A model generated the notes under the pieces. The model did not search any database. It was not told the origin of the DNA and saw only the letters and a program-made list of their open reading frames with translations. From Chthonomonadales bacterium (GTDB taxonomy: Bacteria > Armatimonadota > Chthonomonadetes > Chthonomonadales > CAJBBX01), in NCBI GenBank assembly GCA_037443035.1, contig JBBIPC010000001.1:1-64000 (forward strand): a DNA stretch of 64,000 nt, written 5' to 3'. Of the stretch, positions 1 through 8,500 are shown piece by piece. The position numbers were made by a program, and so were the translations under genes. Position 1 is the stretch's first letter, and each line of letters begins with the position of its first letter.

Positions 1-153
1 AGGCCAGGCAGAACCGGAATCTGGGGCTGCGGCTGGGGTGGAAGGACCAGCGGCGGCCGGTCAGGGGTGCTCACAGAAAGCACCACGCCCCCGCCGGTAA
101 GGTCGGTGGGGGCGTACAAGACACACAGCCACCAGCGGTGGGTGTCCAGGATG

Positions 154-228
<75 letters not shown>

Positions 229-271
229 ACGAGGCGGTACGCACTCGACGCGAACCGACTACTCACTGCAA

Positions 272-301
272 AGTATACGCAAGTGACAGCCAACATGTCA
301 A
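272..301 (-). promoter_or_regulatory. sigma70-type promoter for tRNA-Asn
   Basis: Minus strand TTGACA (296-301), 18-nt spacer, TATACT (272-277) upstream of the tRNA. Confidence 0.7.
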
Positions 302-1002
302 GCGCTGAAGACAGTGGATCCACCAGCGTACCACCTGGCCGCTCCGGAGGTCCCGTTTGGCGGCCGTACCGTAGGCGTCGGTGGAGCAAGGAGGCCATCG
401 TCCGCACCATCGAGGCGCTCAGGGAGACCGGTGCGGACTTATCCTACTCCGGTGCTGGCGCTGCACGCCCTGCGCTTCACCGCGCGGCTATTCGGCTGTT
501 CGGTTCCTGGCAGGCGGCGCTGACGGCGGCCGGAGTGAATCCGGAGATGGTGCGTCGGAGGCGACAGTGGACCAGCGAGGCGATCGTCGAACGCCTGCGG
601 CAGATGGCGGCGCGAGGAGCGGATCTTTCGTGGACGGCCGTCGCCTACGGTCCCGAACGGGCACTGGCGGCTGCTGCCGTGAAGAAGTGCCGCTTCGGCT
701 CGTGGCAGGCTGCGTTGGGGGCGGCGGGAGTGGCCACGGAGGTAAACGCACGGAGGATCCGACGCTGGGATGCTCGAACTATAGAAGAGGCGATTCGTCG
801 GCGCCGCATCGAAGGTCTTGCGCTCAATGCCAAGGCCGTGGAGCGGGAGGAGCCGGCCCTCTTCGCAGCAGGCAGGCGTCGGTTCGGTTCGTGGAACGCA
901 GCACTCATGGTGGCGGGTGTAGATCCCGCTACGGTGATGATGCGCCGGAGCACTCCCGCGACGCGGGGTTCAAGGGGGAGTGCCGGGAGTGATACGGTCT
1001 AG
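295..1002 (+). CDS. Basic protein made of three ~62-66 aa repeats resembling the homing-endonuclease-associated repeat (FGSWxxALxxAG)
   Basis: Three copies of W-x4-I...A.LS/N...AL..A...FGSW.AAL..AGV; no nuclease motif seen. Start uncertain (GTG 283 or ATG 295). Confidence 0.75.
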   Translation: MSSAEDSGSTSVPPGRSGGPVWRPYRRRRWSKEAIVRTIEALRETGADLSYSGAGAARPALHRAAIRLFGSWQAALTAAGVNPEMVRRRRQWTSEAIVERLRQMAARGADLSWTAVAYGPERALAAAAVKKCRFGSWQAALGAAGVATEVNARRIRRWDARTIEEAIRRRRIEGLALNAKAVEREEPALFAAGRRRFGSWNAALMVAGVDPATVMMRRSTPATRGSRGSAGSDTV

Positions 1003-1017
1003 CAGGGCGAGAGCTGG

Positions 1018-2034
1018 GTGAGCGAACGTGTTCGCATAGGACTGGTAGGTTGCGGTGCCATAGGGCAGGCCCATCTGGGTGTGTGGGCTGATATCCCCGA
1101 CGCAATGGTCACGGCAGTGTGCGACTCGGTGGAGTCTCGTGCGGTGACCGTCGCTCAATCCATAGGCGCTGCGGCTTTCACCGACCTGCAGGCCATGGCT
1201 GCATCGGGCCAGGTAGACGCGCTGGACATCTGCACGCCGTCGGGCCTCCACGCCCGGCAGGGGCTGGTGGGTGCCGAGCACGGCCTGCATGTCCTCTGCG
1301 AGAAGCCATTGGATCTGGACGTTCAGGCGGCACGGGAGCTAGTCGCTGCTTGCGAACGCAGGGGGCTGAAGCTGGGATGCGTTCTACAACGGCGCACGTT
1401 CGCTGGGGCGAGGCAGGTCGCCGAGGATGTTCACAGCGGCAAGCTCGGCCGGCTTCTCTCGGTGTGTGCTTACGTCAAGTGGTGGCGGGACCAGGCGTAC
1501 TACGACAGTAGTGGATGGCGGGGTACACGGACGCTGGACGGGGGCGTGCTTGCCAATCAGGGGATCCACGCGCTGGATCACCTGTGCTGGTTGGCAGGGC
1601 GTGTAGCGAACGTCGAGTATGCCTTCGCAACAACAGCCAATCACAGGATGGAGGCCGAGGACTTTCTCATCGCCGTTGTCCGGTTCGAAAGCGGCGCCAG
1701 GGGTGTCATCGAGGCGACGACTTGCAGCAATCCGCCGTTGTGCTCCAGGATCGAGATTGTGGGGACGGAGGGCGCAGCCGCGTTCGACGACGCGGAGGTC
1801 GTGCAATACGGCTACGGCGGTATAGACCGGACCGACGTTGTACGGGAACAGAGCGCCAGGCTTGGCGGTCGTGCCGAGGCCATGGCCATCAGCATGGAGG
1901 GTCACGGGGCGGTCCTGAGCGACTTTGCGAAGGCCATCCTGGAGGACCGACAGCCGTTGATCAGCGGGCGCGAAGCACTGTTCTCCGTAGAGGCGCTGCA
2001 CTCCATCTACGTCGCTGCGGGGCTGGTTTCGTGA
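1018..2034 (+). CDS. Gfo/Idh/MocA family oxidoreductase
   Basis: IGLVGCGAIG Rossmann motif, LCEKPL, GGVLANQGIHALD. Confidence 0.92.
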   Translation: MSERVRIGLVGCGAIGQAHLGVWADIPDAMVTAVCDSVESRAVTVAQSIGAAAFTDLQAMAASGQVDALDICTPSGLHARQGLVGAEHGLHVLCEKPLDLDVQAARELVAACERRGLKLGCVLQRRTFAGARQVAEDVHSGKLGRLLSVCAYVKWWRDQAYYDSSGWRGTRTLDGGVLANQGIHALDHLCWLAGRVANVEYAFATTANHRMEAEDFLIAVVRFESGARGVIEATTCSNPPLCSRIEIVGTEGAAAFDDAEVVQYGYGGIDRTDVVREQSARLGGRAEAMAISMEGHGAVLSDFAKAILEDRQPLISGREALFSVEALHSIYVAAGLVS

Positions 2035-4136
2035 CCCCGCGACGCTTCTTCAACCGAGAGATAAGCTGGCTGGACTTCAACCAGCGGGTGCTCGAAGAAG
2101 CGGAGGGGGAGTACCATCCTCTCCTGGAGCGGATCAAGTTTCTGAGCATCTTTCACAGTAACCTGGACGAGTTCTTCATGATCCGCGTGTCCGGCCTACA
2201 GGAACAAGTCGAGGCAGGTGTCGTGGAGCCGTCTCGGGACGGGCTGACTCCGCAGGAACAGCTTTCCATCATTCGCGATCGAGTGCTGCGACTGCGCCGT
2301 CGGGCATGGAGCTGCTTCGTGCAGAAGCTGCGGCCTGCCCTGGCCGAAGCCGGCATCCATGTGCTAGAGTACGGTGCAACGGAACCGTCGGAACGGGAAG
2401 GTCTGACGCAGTACTTTCTCCAAGAGGTGTATCCGATACTGACTCCCCTGGCGGTGGATCCGAGCCATCCGTTCCCCTTCGTTTCCAGCCTGAGCGTGAA
2501 CCTCGCCGTCATCGTGGAGGGGTCCGACGGTCGGGCGCGGTTCGCGCGGGTGAAAATCCCTGGTCAGTTGCCCAGGCTTATTCGGACGACCCCCCGCACG
2601 CGGGGCCGGTCACGCCGGAAGGACCAGCAGGTACGGTTCGTATGGTTAGAGGACGTCGTCGCGGCGCACTTGGGCGAGCTCTTCCGTGGCATGCGCGTCG
2701 TCAGTAGTTACCCCTTCCGAGTCATTCGCGATGCCGACCATGAGATTCGCGAAGACGAGGCGGACGATCTCCTACAAAGCGTGGAAAGCGTCCTCCGCCG
2801 CCGCCGGTTCGGGAGTGTGTCGCAACTGGAGCTGGATGCTTCGACACCGGCCTCCGTGGAAGATCTTCTGGTGAGCAATCTCGAGATGTCGCCGGAGGAC
2901 TGCTATCGCTGCGAGGGGGCGCTGGGGCTTAGCGACATCATGCAGTTGATGGACCTAGACCGGCCAGACCTGAAGGACAAACCCTACAGACCTAGAACGC
3001 CGGACAGGCTCACGGAGGACAGCAATGTCTTTGCCTGCGTCCGCCAGCGGGACGTCCTCCTGCACCATCCGTTCGACAGCTTCGCGCCTGTCATCACGTT
3101 CGTCGAAGATGCGGTGGGGGATCCGAGCGTCCAGGCCATTAAGCAGACCATTTACCGTGTGGGGACGGACTCGCCGATCGTGGCAGCATTGCAGGCAGCC
3201 GGTGAAAACGGCAAGCAGGTAGCCGTCATTGTCGAGTTGAAGGCGCGCTTCGACGAAGAGAACAACATCGTGTGGGCACGAGCACTCGAGAAGGCGGGTG
3301 TGCACGTCGTGTACAGCGATGTGAACCTGAAGGTCCACTGCAAGCTGCTCATGGTGGTACGTCGTGAGGACGGCAGGACGCGCCGTTACGTCCATCTCGG
3401 CACGGGCAACTACAACGCGCGAACAGCGCAGCTCTATACGGACTTCGGGCTGTTCACGTGCGACGACGCCATCGCCGATGACGTGTCTTCCCTCTTCAAT
3501 GCATTGACGGGTTACTCCGAGGATCTTTCGTTCAAGAAGCTGCTGGTATCGCCGCACGGAATCCGACGTGGGCTGGCCGAGCGCATTGCGCGGGAGATAG
3601 AGTGGGCGAGAAAGGGTGAGCCCGCACGCTTGATCTTCAAGATGAACTCCCTGACGGATTTCGACTGCTCCGAGCGGCTGTACGAGGCGAGTCAGGCGGG
3701 CGTCAAGGTGGACCTCATTGTACGCGGAAGTTGCTGCCTGGTGCCTGGCGTAGCGGGCATGAGCGAGAACATCAGCGTACGCAGCATCGTAGGACGGTTC
3801 CTAGAGCATGATCGCGTCTACTACTTCCGGAACGGCGGCAACGAAGAGGTTTGGCTCGGCAGCGCCGATCTCATGCCGCGGAACCTCGACCGACGTTACG
3901 AAGTCCTCTTCCCAATCGAGGACGAGGAACTACGGCGCTGGCTTGTAGATGTATATCTCGCCGTGTATCTGAGGGACAACTGCTCAGCCAGAGTGCTCGG
4001 TTCGGACGGCGCGTACCGGAGATTGACGCCTGGTGAGGAACCCGCCGTCAACGCTCAGGAGTGGCTGATGACCCACCCGCGCAAGGCGACCCCCAGACTC
4101 GGTGGGCGAGGTTCCAGGCAGGCAACGAAAGGTTGA
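2031..4136 (+). CDS. ppk1: Polyphosphate kinase 1
   Basis: FFNREISWLDFNQRVL, FHSNLDEFFMIRV, LLHHPFDSF, VELKARFDEENN, SIVGRFLEH. GTG start at 2031 overlaps the upstream TGA. Confidence 0.96.
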   Translation: MTPRRFFNREISWLDFNQRVLEEAEGEYHPLLERIKFLSIFHSNLDEFFMIRVSGLQEQVEAGVVEPSRDGLTPQEQLSIIRDRVLRLRRRAWSCFVQKLRPALAEAGIHVLEYGATEPSEREGLTQYFLQEVYPILTPLAVDPSHPFPFVSSLSVNLAVIVEGSDGRARFARVKIPGQLPRLIRTTPRTRGRSRRKDQQVRFVWLEDVVAAHLGELFRGMRVVSSYPFRVIRDADHEIREDEADDLLQSVESVLRRRRFGSVSQLELDASTPASVEDLLVSNLEMSPEDCYRCEGALGLSDIMQLMDLDRPDLKDKPYRPRTPDRLTEDSNVFACVRQRDVLLHHPFDSFAPVITFVEDAVGDPSVQAIKQTIYRVGTDSPIVAALQAAGENGKQVAVIVELKARFDEENNIVWARALEKAGVHVVYSDVNLKVHCKLLMVVRREDGRTRRYVHLGTGNYNARTAQLYTDFGLFTCDDAIADDVSSLFNALTGYSEDLSFKKLLVSPHGIRRGLAERIAREIEWARKGEPARLIFKMNSLTDFDCSERLYEASQAGVKVDLIVRGSCCLVPGVAGMSENISVRSIVGRFLEHDRVYYFRNGGNEEVWLGSADLMPRNLDRRYEVLFPIEDEELRRWLVDVYLAVYLRDNCSARVLGSDGAYRRLTPGEEPAVNAQEWLMTHPRKATPRLGGRGSRQATKG

Positions 4137-4201
4137 GACGGTTGCGCATGCACTCGGGGTACACTAGCAGAGCAACAAGGTAACAAGGCTAACGAATCTT
4201 C

Positions 4202-4711
4202 ATGTCGGCAAGCTACATACCGTTCTTGGTCGCGGTCCTGATTGCGGTGGTCATCGCTGCGGCGATGGTCTTGGGCTCCTATCTTCTAGGGCCGCGCAAG
4301 CCGTTCCACGTGAAGGAGACGACCTACGAGTGCGGCATGACTCCGGTCGGATCTGCGCGTGAACGGTTCCCCGTTGCGTTCTACATGGTTGCCATCGCCT
4401 TCATCGTGTTCGATGTGGAGATGGTCTTTCTGTACCCGTGGGCTGTGGCGTTTTCTCACGGCGATCGCCTGCAGAGATTGTTCTTCCTGGCGGACATGGC
4501 GGTCTTCGTTCTCATTCTTGTCGTGGCATATGTCTACTTGCTCGGTGCTAGGGTGCTGGAGTGGACGCCCGAGGGCGAAGGCGCGGGGGATGATCCAGCT
4601 ACGGCGAGAGAACTGGCTGTCCGCAGACCTCCTATCCGTTTCGGCAATGAAGCCTCGGGGCCTGTAAGACTGAGCAAGGAAGACCTGCCGGAGAGTCCGC
4701 GTGGAACCTGA
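4202..4711 (+). CDS. nuoA: NADH-quinone oxidoreductase subunit A (with C-terminal extension)
   Basis: YECG, FIVFDVEMVFLYPWA, three TM segments. Confidence 0.95.
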   Translation: MSASYIPFLVAVLIAVVIAAAMVLGSYLLGPRKPFHVKETTYECGMTPVGSARERFPVAFYMVAIAFIVFDVEMVFLYPWAVAFSHGDRLQRLFFLADMAVFVLILVVAYVYLLGARVLEWTPEGEGAGDDPATARELAVRRPPIRFGNEASGPVRLSKEDLPESPRGT

Positions 4712-5366
4712 GAACGCTACCGACCTTCGGCTCGGCGGGGAGACCACAGCGCAAGATACCGGCCTGCTGGCGGATGTCGAGGCTCTGCGATCTGCATTCC
4801 CAACCGCTGTTCTTCAGACGGTCCAGCATCGTGGCAGTGTTTGGGTCTACGTGCCTCGTTCCCTGATCGTGGAGATCCTTCGTTTTCTCAGGGACGATGC
4901 ACGCACCGCATACCGGTTCTTCTCGGAGTGCATGTGCGTGGACTACCTGGATGTCAAGACCAGCGCCCCCCTGTCGGGCAGGGCGGACCGGTTCGAAATC
5001 ACGTACAATCTTGTCTCTATCAAGGATCCACGCATGGGAACGGGGTCGGGGCGTCGCCTGTTTGTGAAGGTGACGGTGCCTGAGCAGGATGCCGTTGTGC
5101 CATCGGTAACGTCCGTCTTCCCAGGTGCGGCGTTTCCCGAGCGTGAGATCTTCGATATGTTCGGTATTCACTTCGACGGGCACCCGGATCTCAGGCGACT
5201 GCTCATGGCCGATGACTGGATCGGCCATCCCCAGCGCAAGGACTACCCCCTTGGCGGCGAACGCGTTCAGTTTCCGCACGGAACATACGGTCCAGCTGTG
5301 GGGGAGCGGGTCGTACAACATCCAGGCGAGAGCTTCTTCGGCAAGACCGCAGGGGAGGTCGAGTAG
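4701..5366 (+). CDS. nuoC: NADH-quinone oxidoreductase subunit C
   Basis: EREIFDMFGIHFDGHPDLRRLLM...GHPQRKDYPL. Confidence 0.95.
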   Translation: MEPENATDLRLGGETTAQDTGLLADVEALRSAFPTAVLQTVQHRGSVWVYVPRSLIVEILRFLRDDARTAYRFFSECMCVDYLDVKTSAPLSGRADRFEITYNLVSIKDPRMGTGSGRRLFVKVTVPEQDAVVPSVTSVFPGAAFPEREIFDMFGIHFDGHPDLRRLLMADDWIGHPQRKDYPLGGERVQFPHGTYGPAVGERVVQHPGESFFGKTAGEVE

Positions 5367-5371
5367 GCCGA

Positions 5372-6595
5372 GTGGACCCTCTCCGCAGCGCGGCACTCAC
5401 GTCTCAAGGCGTCGAGCTCGATCCCATTGACGAGAGCACTCTCGTGCTCAACATGGGCCCCCAGCACCCTTCGACACATGGCGTGCTGCGGTTGGTCCTG
5501 GAGTTGGACGGTGAGGTTATCGTCAAGGTCACGCCGCACATCGGATATGTCCACACAGGCATCGAGAAGGAAGGCGAGTACCAAAGCTATCTGAAAGCCG
5601 TGACCATCACGGACCGTTTGGACTACGTCAGCGCCCACATCAACAATCTAGCGTATTGCCTGTCCGTGGAACGATTGCTGGGAGTCGAACCGCCGCCTCG
5701 TGGCCAGGTCCTACGAGTCTTGCTCGCCGAGATCCAGAGAATGGCCAGCCATCTTGTGTGGTTGGGTACCCATGCGCTGGATATCGGCGCCATGACGGTG
5801 TTCTTCTATGCCTTCCGTGAGCGCGAGAAGCTGTTGGACCTCACGGAGATGCTCTCTGGCGTGCGCTTGATGCCTTCGTGGATCATCCCAGGTGGTCTGC
5901 GAGGCGATATCCCGCCAGGCTGGGCCGAGCGCTGCAAAGCGGTACTGGACGACCTACCTGCTCGGTTCGATGAGTACGAAGCGTTGCTGGACCAGAACCC
6001 GATCTGGTGCGAGCGGACACAGGGCGTGGGAGTCATCACGGCGGAGGAGTGCTACGCACTGGGCGTCAGCGGTCCATCGCTCCGGGCGTGTGGTGTGCCC
6101 TACGACATTCGCAAGACCGAGCCATATTCGGGCTACGAGCAGTTCGAGTTCGGGGTCCCGGTAGGCGAGCACGGCGATGTCAATGACCGGTACCGTGTGC
6201 GTATGGCGGAGTTGCGGCAGAGCAGGGAGATCGCCAAGCAAGCTCTGGAGCGTCTGCCGGACGGGCCCGTGAGCATTGACGATCCGAAAATCGTGCCCCC
6301 TCCCCGCGCTGAACTGGATCGCTCCATGGAAGCGGTCATCCATCATTTCAAGTTGTGGACAGAGGGATTCGCTCCACCGCCGGGCGAGGCTTATGTACCG
6401 GTGGAATCGCCCAAGGGCGAGCTGGGCTTCTACATCGTATCCGATGGCTCATCGTCCCCGTGGCGCATGCATCTCCGCGCGCCTAGCTTCATGAACCTCC
6501 AGGCGCTGTCCCGCATGTGCGAGGGGCGGTTGGTAGCAGATGTCGTCGCGATTATCGGCAGTCTTGACATCGTGCTGGGGGAGATAGATCGTTGA
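5372..6595 (+). CDS. nuoD: NADH-quinone oxidoreductase subunit D
   Basis: LNMGPQHPSTHGVLRL, ESPKGELG, C-terminal DIVLGEIDR. Confidence 0.97.
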   Translation: MDPLRSAALTSQGVELDPIDESTLVLNMGPQHPSTHGVLRLVLELDGEVIVKVTPHIGYVHTGIEKEGEYQSYLKAVTITDRLDYVSAHINNLAYCLSVERLLGVEPPPRGQVLRVLLAEIQRMASHLVWLGTHALDIGAMTVFFYAFREREKLLDLTEMLSGVRLMPSWIIPGGLRGDIPPGWAERCKAVLDDLPARFDEYEALLDQNPIWCERTQGVGVITAEECYALGVSGPSLRACGVPYDIRKTEPYSGYEQFEFGVPVGEHGDVNDRYRVRMAELRQSREIAKQALERLPDGPVSIDDPKIVPPPRAELDRSMEAVIHHFKLWTEGFAPPPGEAYVPVESPKGELGFYIVSDGSSSPWRMHLRAPSFMNLQALSRMCEGRLVADVVAIIGSLDIVLGEIDR

Positions 6596-7200
6596 CAGTG
6601 GCCTCTGAGTACAAGAAAGGACGGTTTTCCGAGGCGGCCCTGAAGGAGCTCGAGGAGATTGCCAGCCATTACCCGGAACGTAAGGCCGCCATGCTGCCCG
6701 CGCTCTGGATCGCACAGCGGGAGTATGGAGGCCAGCTCACCGCCGAGGCAATCGAGGAGGTGGCGCGACTGCTCGGGAGGCCGACAGTGGAAGTGGAGGG
6801 AGTAGCCTCGTTCTACACCATGTACAACCTCGGCAAGCGCGGTAAGCGTCACCTGGAAGTCTGCACGTGCCTGACGTGCGCAGTACTCGGTGCATCGGAG
6901 GTCGTGCGGAAGCTCGAGGAGCGACTGGGCATCGAAGTGGGCCAGACAACAGCCGATGGAGAGTTCAGTCTTGCCGAAGCGGAGTGCCTGAACTGGTGCG
7001 AGGCCGGGACCGTTGTCCAGGTGGGCAGCAAGTACTTCGGCAATGTGACGCCGGAGAACGTGGACCAGCTCCTCGAAGAGGTCCTGAGAACAGAGGAAAC
7101 CACCGGTGTCGGCCAGGCCGATACGGTTGTGAAAGTTCACCTCGGTCGCAGGCGAGAGAGGGCCCGTCACACAGGAGAAGGTGATAGCACCAATGGGTGA
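6592..7200 (+). CDS. nuoE: NADH-quinone oxidoreductase subunit E
   Basis: VASFYTMY, 2Fe-2S ligands C-x4-C ... ECLNWC. Confidence 0.93.
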   Translation: MTVASEYKKGRFSEAALKELEEIASHYPERKAAMLPALWIAQREYGGQLTAEAIEEVARLLGRPTVEVEGVASFYTMYNLGKRGKRHLEVCTCLTCAVLGASEVVRKLEERLGIEVGQTTADGEFSLAEAECLNWCEAGTVVQVGSKYFGNVTPENVDQLLEEVLRTEETTGVGQADTVVKVHLGRRRERARHTGEGDSTNG

Positions 7201-8500
7201 GCGGTTGGTGCTGCTCGAGCATCGGAACCTTCCGGGCGCCGACACGCTTGCGGTGTACGAGAGCATTAGCGGCTACGAAGGTCTCCGGAAGGCTCTGGTC
7301 ATGGAGCCTCGTGCCGTCATCGAGGAGATCAAGAAGTCCGGGCTTCAGGGCCGAGGCGGCGCTGGCTTTCCGACGTGGATCAAGTGGCAGGGTGTGTTGT
7401 CCAATCCTCCCGGAGAACGATACGTCATTTGCAATGCCGACGAGGGCGAGCCGGGTACGTTCAAGGACCGTGAGCTAATGCTTCGGCTACCCCACATGGT
7501 GGTGGAGGGCATCATCATCGCTGGTTATGCGACGCAAGCCCACACCGGTTACATCTACATTCGTGGAGAGTTCACGGAGCCCGCCCGGGCGGTCCGCCGG
7601 GCCATTGACGAAGCCTACGAGGAAGGCTACCTCGGCGATTCCGTGGCCGGATCCGGGTTCAGGTTCGATCTGAATGTCCATCTCGGAGCCGGTAGCTACG
7701 AGTGTGGCGAAGAGACCGCTCTCATGAGCAGCCTCATGGGTGAGCGGGGACAGCCCCGCGCGAAACCGCCGCACGCACCGCTTCCTGTGGTGGCTGGCCT
7801 GTGGTCGAAGCCCACACTCATCAATAATGTCGAGACCTACGCTTGCGTGCCGCACATTCTGCGTCGCGGTGGCGAGTGGTATGCGAGCATGGGCACCGAG
7901 AGGGCGAAGGGCACGAAGATCTTCAGCGTCAGCGGGCATATCCGGAAGCCCGGCAACTACGAAATCGAACTCGGTACCCCGCTCATGGAGCTCATCGAGC
8001 TGGCTGGTGGTGTGGACGGACAACTGAAGGCGGTGATACCTGGTGGATCATCGGTGCCCATACTCCCAGCCTCCAGGTGTGCGGACGTGAAGCTGGACTA
8101 CGACTCTTGCCGCGCCGCGGGTACGATGCTCGGTTCGGGCGGGTTCATGGTGTTCAACGAGACGACGGATATCGTGAAGCTCATGGCAGTAACCGCGCGG
8201 TTCTACGCTCACGAATCGTGTGGGAAATGCACGCCGTGCCGTGAGGGCACGCGATGGATGTCCAAGATCTTCGACCGCATCCTTCGCGGCAATGGTAGGC
8301 CGGAGGACCCAGACCTTCTCATCAGCATTTGCAACAACATAGACGGACGTTCTTACTGTCCTCTCGGCGATGCCGCTGCGTGGCCCATTCGAGCCAGTGT
8401 TCAGCACTTCCGCCACGAGTACGAGTACTGGATACAACACGGGGAGTCGCCGCTCGGACCGCACTCCGTTCCCAGATTGACCCGAGATTCCCATGCCTGA
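7181..8500 (+). CDS. nuoF: NADH-quinone oxidoreductase subunit F
   Basis: GRGGAGFP, CNADEGEPGTFKDR, GAGSYECGEETAL, ESCGKCTPCREG. Confidence 0.97.
   Translation: MIAPMGERLVLLEHRNLPGADTLAVYESISGYEGLRKALVMEPRAVIEEIKKSGLQGRGGAGFPTWIKWQGVLSNPPGERYVICNADEGEPGTFKDRELMLRLPHMVVEGIIIAGYATQAHTGYIYIRGEFTEPARAVRRAIDEAYEEGYLGDSVAGSGFRFDLNVHLGAGSYECGEETALMSSLMGERGQPRAKPPHAPLPVVAGLWSKPTLINNVETYACVPHILRRGGEWYASMGTERAKGTKIFSVSGHIRKPGNYEIELGTPLMELIELAGGVDGQLKAVIPGGSSVPILPASRCADVKLDYDSCRAAGTMLGSGGFMVFNETTDIVKLMAVTARFYAHESCGKCTPCREGTRWMSKIFDRILRGNGRPEDPDLLISICNNIDGRSYCPLGDAAAWPIRASVQHFRHEYEYWIQHGESPLGPHSVPRLTRDSHA

Noticed and set aside
1515..2030. Apparent 172-aa N-terminal extension of PPK1 in the ORF track
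   Set aside because: It is an alternative open frame over the oxidoreductase; PPK homology starts at GTG 2031.
4173..4195. Short direct repeat AACAAGG-T-AACAAGG before nuoA
   Set aside because: Too short to distinguish from chance or RBS-related sequence.
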